A DNA stretch of 64,000 nt from Candidatus Onthovivens sp. (GTDB lineage: Bacteria > Bacillota_I > Bacilli_A > RFN20 > CAG-826): the NCBI GenBank assembly GCA_048405595.1, contig DBFJOT010000056.1, positions 8,085-72,084 of the forward strand, given 5' to 3'. The notes under the pieces were generated by a model. That model saw only the letters and a program-made list of their open reading frames with translations. It did no database searches and was not told the DNA's origin. Positions 61,839-64,000 of the stretch are shown one piece after another. Numbering within the stretch: the stretch's first letter is position 1; each line of letters opens with the position of its first letter. The translations under genes and the position numbers were made by a program.

Positions 61839-61985
61839 GGCATAGGTTTCCCACCCTAGAGGGCGCATAAACAATCCCTAATCACAACTCAACCACTTTT
61901 AATTAATGGAGATTCGATATAGGGAAAGTCAGCCATAGGGTGGGCAGGAAATTAATGATTATGGCTAACTCGATTAATTCCTGGA
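61839..61985. ncRNA. Candidate structured RNA of unknown class (relatively GC-rich segment in the trxA-distal intergenic region)
   Basis: No ORF. 9-bp helix CCCACCCTA (61850-61858) / TAGGGTGGG (61936-61944). 11-bp bulged hairpin CAGGAAATTAAT / ATTAATTCCTG. Alternative pairing GTCAGCCAT / ATGGCTAAC. Strand and ends undetermined. Confidence 0.3.
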
Positions 61986-62280
61986 AAAATTATTTTCTAA
62001 TCATATTAAGCCTTTACGAATAAGAAGTTTTATAGAGCTAGATTCACTTTAATTAATCAATGCGCATCAGTTACTACTAGTGCTCTCGCAATTGCAATTT
62101 TATATCCAACTTGATATGACTAAAACTAGTGTTCTTCACTTAACACAAAAGGAACAAAGATGATTTTTTTCAAAATTTCTAATAAATATTTTTAAAATTG
62201 TGTTTATAGAATCGCTAAATACAACTTTCTAATCAAAAAATATCGATGCTATCGTGTTTTTTGCCACTACACAAAACTTT

Positions 62281-62337
62281 AAAATAAAAAATTCTTTATA
62301 AAATACAACTTAGACAAATCATGTTTTATAAAGAATT
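62281..62337 (-). terminator. Terminator of the 62355-63963 membrane gene cluster
   Basis: 14-bp perfect stem aattctttataaaa / ttttataaagaatt, followed by a U-run on the minus strand. Confidence 0.6.
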
Positions 62338-62354
62338 ATTTTTCTTTTAATAAA

Positions 62355-62669
62355 CTAAAGTACGGTTGTTAAGAAGAATACAAGTAGCATCAATGAAACT
62401 ATGAGCAAAATTACTCCTAGACTCATTCCAAAGTTAGAAAAGTCTTTTCCTTCTTTTTTATTAAGTCTAGAAAGATGTACACCAATAGAAGATACAACAA
62501 TTGTGCTAATCGATAAAACTAAAGCGACAACACTTAAATAGATATAAACAAAAGAAAGAATAACAAAGATAAATGTGGCAAGCGAAAATGTAAAACCAAC
62601 GACTCCACATACAGTTAGTTTTCTTTTTTTAGGTGTTTTTTCTGTCTTTTCTTCTTTAATTTCTTCCAT
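62355..62669 (-). CDS. Small membrane protein, hypothetical
   Basis: 104 aa. Lys/Glu-rich N-terminus followed by 3 hydrophobic helices. Confidence 0.55.
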   Translation of the reverse strand: MEEIKEEKTEKTPKKRKLTVCGVVGFTFSLATFIFVILSFVYIYLSVVALVLSISTIVVSSIGVHLSRLNKKEGKDFSNFGMSLGVILLIVSLMLLVFFLTTVL

Positions 62670-62671
62670 AT

Positions 62672-63187
62672 CTATAATTCTACCACTCTTCCTCTTTTTT
62701 TATCTTTAAAATAAACAAAAAATTTAATAATTAAATAGAAAGTAATCGGCACAAAATATCCGCCCATATCAATAAAAGCATCATTCACACTTGGTCCTCT
62801 ATTATCAGCAAAACTTTGTACATATTCTGATAAAAAAGCAATAAAAATTCCTATTAGAGCTGAACTTAATAATATTAGATATTTACCTTTATCATCTTTT
62901 TTATATGAGGCAATCATTAAGATTGAGCTTAAACTTGTTACTAAAAATAATCCAAAGTGACCGACAAGTTTTCTTACTAACTTTTTAAAAGTTGGATCAC
63001 AAGAATCTATATTTGCTCCAAATATATTTAAGAAATTAGCAATTAATTCGCCAACTCTTCCACTAGAAGCGCTACTACTCGATCCATTTTCAGCACTTAA
63101 ATAAAATATCGCCCCTACTAGAAATATATATAAAAGAAGAAAAAATACAAAAAGTACAATATTAAATTTAGAACTCAACTTTTTCAT
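62672..63187 (-). CDS. VanZ-family membrane protein
   Basis: 171 aa. FLSEYVQSFADNRGPSVNDAFIDMGGY resembles the VanZ E..Q....R....D...D block; 4 TM helices. Confidence 0.65.
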   Translation of the reverse strand: MKKLSSKFNIVLFVFFLLLYIFLVGAIFYLSAENGSSSSASSGRVGELIANFLNIFGANIDSCDPTFKKLVRKLVGHFGLFLVTSLSSILMIASYKKDDKGKYLILLSSALIGIFIAFLSEYVQSFADNRGPSVNDAFIDMGGYFVPITFYLIIKFFVYFKDKKRGRVVEL

Positions 63188-63189
63188 CT

Positions 63190-64000
63190 TTAAATTTTTG
63201 TACTTAATAAGAAATATTTATTTGTATCTTCATCATAGAAAGATTTATAAGTTCTTATTAATTTATTTTCTTGAATCATTTTTTCTGATTCTTCTTTGCC
63301 AAGTAAAGTTACATTAAGACTATAAATTTTATTGTTTTTCATCTCATCTTTGATTAAATCAGCAACTTCATTAATTTGTTCAATAGTTAATGAGTCTTTT
63401 TGATCAACTACTTCAAAAGATAAGTCATATATTGTTTTTATTGGATCTAATGTTTGGATGGTATTCATTTCACCGATAAATTCTTCATATTCTAAGTTGA
63501 TGATTAGGAAGAAATAAACGCCGAATACTGCTCCAAAGAAATTGACTACAAGTACTGGAATTGATTCAAACATTCCATAAGCAAATTGTGATAATAAAAT
63601 TGCTATAAAGTAGAAGCATAATGTTGTTTTCTTTTTAGACATTTTTATGCATTTATATAATGAACTAATAAAGAAAATCGCGATAAATGAAGCATAAATT
63701 ATTCCACCAGTTGCAAAATATTCGACGAAAGTATTGTGCATATAGTAGATATAGTCACCTTGTGTTCTAGGGATTAAAAGATGTAATCCATATCCAAATC
63801 CGAAAATCACATCTCTTAAAGTTGCGTTTTTATAACACATTTCAATAATACTAATTCTTTCACTATCCATTCTTCCTAAAACTACTTTTAATAAGTCTTT
63901 TAATGGATATAATTCGCCTTGATACATAAATTGAATGTTTTTAAAAACATACAATTCAAGCATTACAAGAATGAAAATAACTATTAAAACACTTAAATAA
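63190..64000 (-). CDS. O-antigen ligase/polymerase-like (Wzy_C-type) membrane protein, 5' end beyond window
   Basis: The frame stays open and hydrophobic up to the window edge (..YLSVLIVIFILVMLELY). MHNTFVEYFATGGIIYASF resembles the Wzy_C HN...E.G motif. A ~100-aa soluble C-terminal tail follows. Confidence 0.5.
   Translation of the reverse strand, partial: YLSVLIVIFILVMLELYVFKNIQFMYQGELYPLKDLLKVVLGRMDSERISIIEMCYKNATLRDVIFGFGYGLHLLIPRTQGDYIYYMHNTFVEYFATGGIIYASFIAIFFISSLYKCIKMSKKKTTLCFYFIAILLSQFAYGMFESIPVLVVNFFGAVFGVYFFLIINLEYEEFIGEMNTIQTLDPIKTIYDLSFEVVDQKDSLTIEQINEVADLIKDEMKNNKIYSLNVTLLGKEESEKMIQENKLIRTYKSFYDEDTNKYFLLSTKI

Noticed and set aside
61880-61930. tmRNA 5' end, based on TGGAGATTCGATATAGGGA (similar to GGAUUCGACGGGA).
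   Set aside because: No GGGG acceptor start upstream, no tRNA-like 3' end (T-arm plus CCACCA) and no tag reading frame anywhere in the region on either strand.
61920-61985. RNase P RNA call, based on GGGAAAGTCAGCCATAGGGTGGGCAGG plus a hairpin ending CCTGG (similar to the E. coli CR-I to P8 region).
   Set aside because: No partner strand for P4 (ACAGAA..GGCTTA type) at an appropriate distance. No CR-II to CR-V blocks in the following 300 nt. The AUAGGGUGGG segment pairs with upstream sequence instead, which is incompatible with the RNase P fold. Kept only as an unclassified RNA candidate.
1-64000. CRISPR arrays, IS elements/transposases, integrases, prophage genes, toxin-antitoxin pairs or known defence systems.
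   Set aside because: No spaced direct repeats, no terminal inverted repeats flanking an ORF, and no ORF with transposase, recombinase, nuclease-helicase or toxin motifs were seen. The window is essentially core housekeeping.

Overview
AT-rich bacterial chromosome segment read with the standard genetic code. TGA acts as a stop (for example at ispF) and all large ORFs are intact without TGA readthrough. This fits a low-GC Bacillota/Mycoplasmatota lineage that does not use code 4, such as Acholeplasma-like or Erysipelotrichia-like organisms; that placement is inference only. The window is almost entirely housekeeping and keeps a Bacillus-like gene order on the minus strand: cysS, rlmB, sigH-like, rpmG, secE, nusG, rplK, rplA, rplJ, rplL, ybxB-like methyltransferase, rpoB, rpoC. 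A ~3.9 kb insert follows (L-serine dehydratase plus membrane genes), then rpsL, rpsG, fusA, tuf. Other content: trpS, pepF, ispD, pgi, a five-tRNA operon (Val-Tyr-Gln-Lys-Leu), fba, rpoE, gltX, ispF, ychF, two tandem fused MacB-type ABC proteins, ppaX, a long lgt, uvrA, typA, a cls plus ABC (FtsX) unit, pepP, mrp, yigZ, a CPBP protease, traX, trxA and an envelope-related membrane gene trio at the right edge. rpmG (49 aa) is absent from the ORF track and was found by hand. Several ORF-track N-termini start at TTG/GTG and were trimmed to ATG codons with Shine-Dalgarno sites. I found no CRISPR array, transposase, integrase, prophage or recognisable defence system. The observations most worth a second look are: (1) an FtsX-type permease gene split into two ORFs exactly at an in-frame A AAA AAG slippery heptamer; (2) a ~0.5 kb gene-free region after trxA with a relatively GC-rich segment carrying long complementary helices (candidate structured RNA); (3) a divergent SigH-like sigma factor; (4) a tandem pair of ATPase-permease fused MacB-like transporters; (5) an Lgt with a ~190-aa polytopic N-terminal extension; (6) a possible leaderless uvrA.
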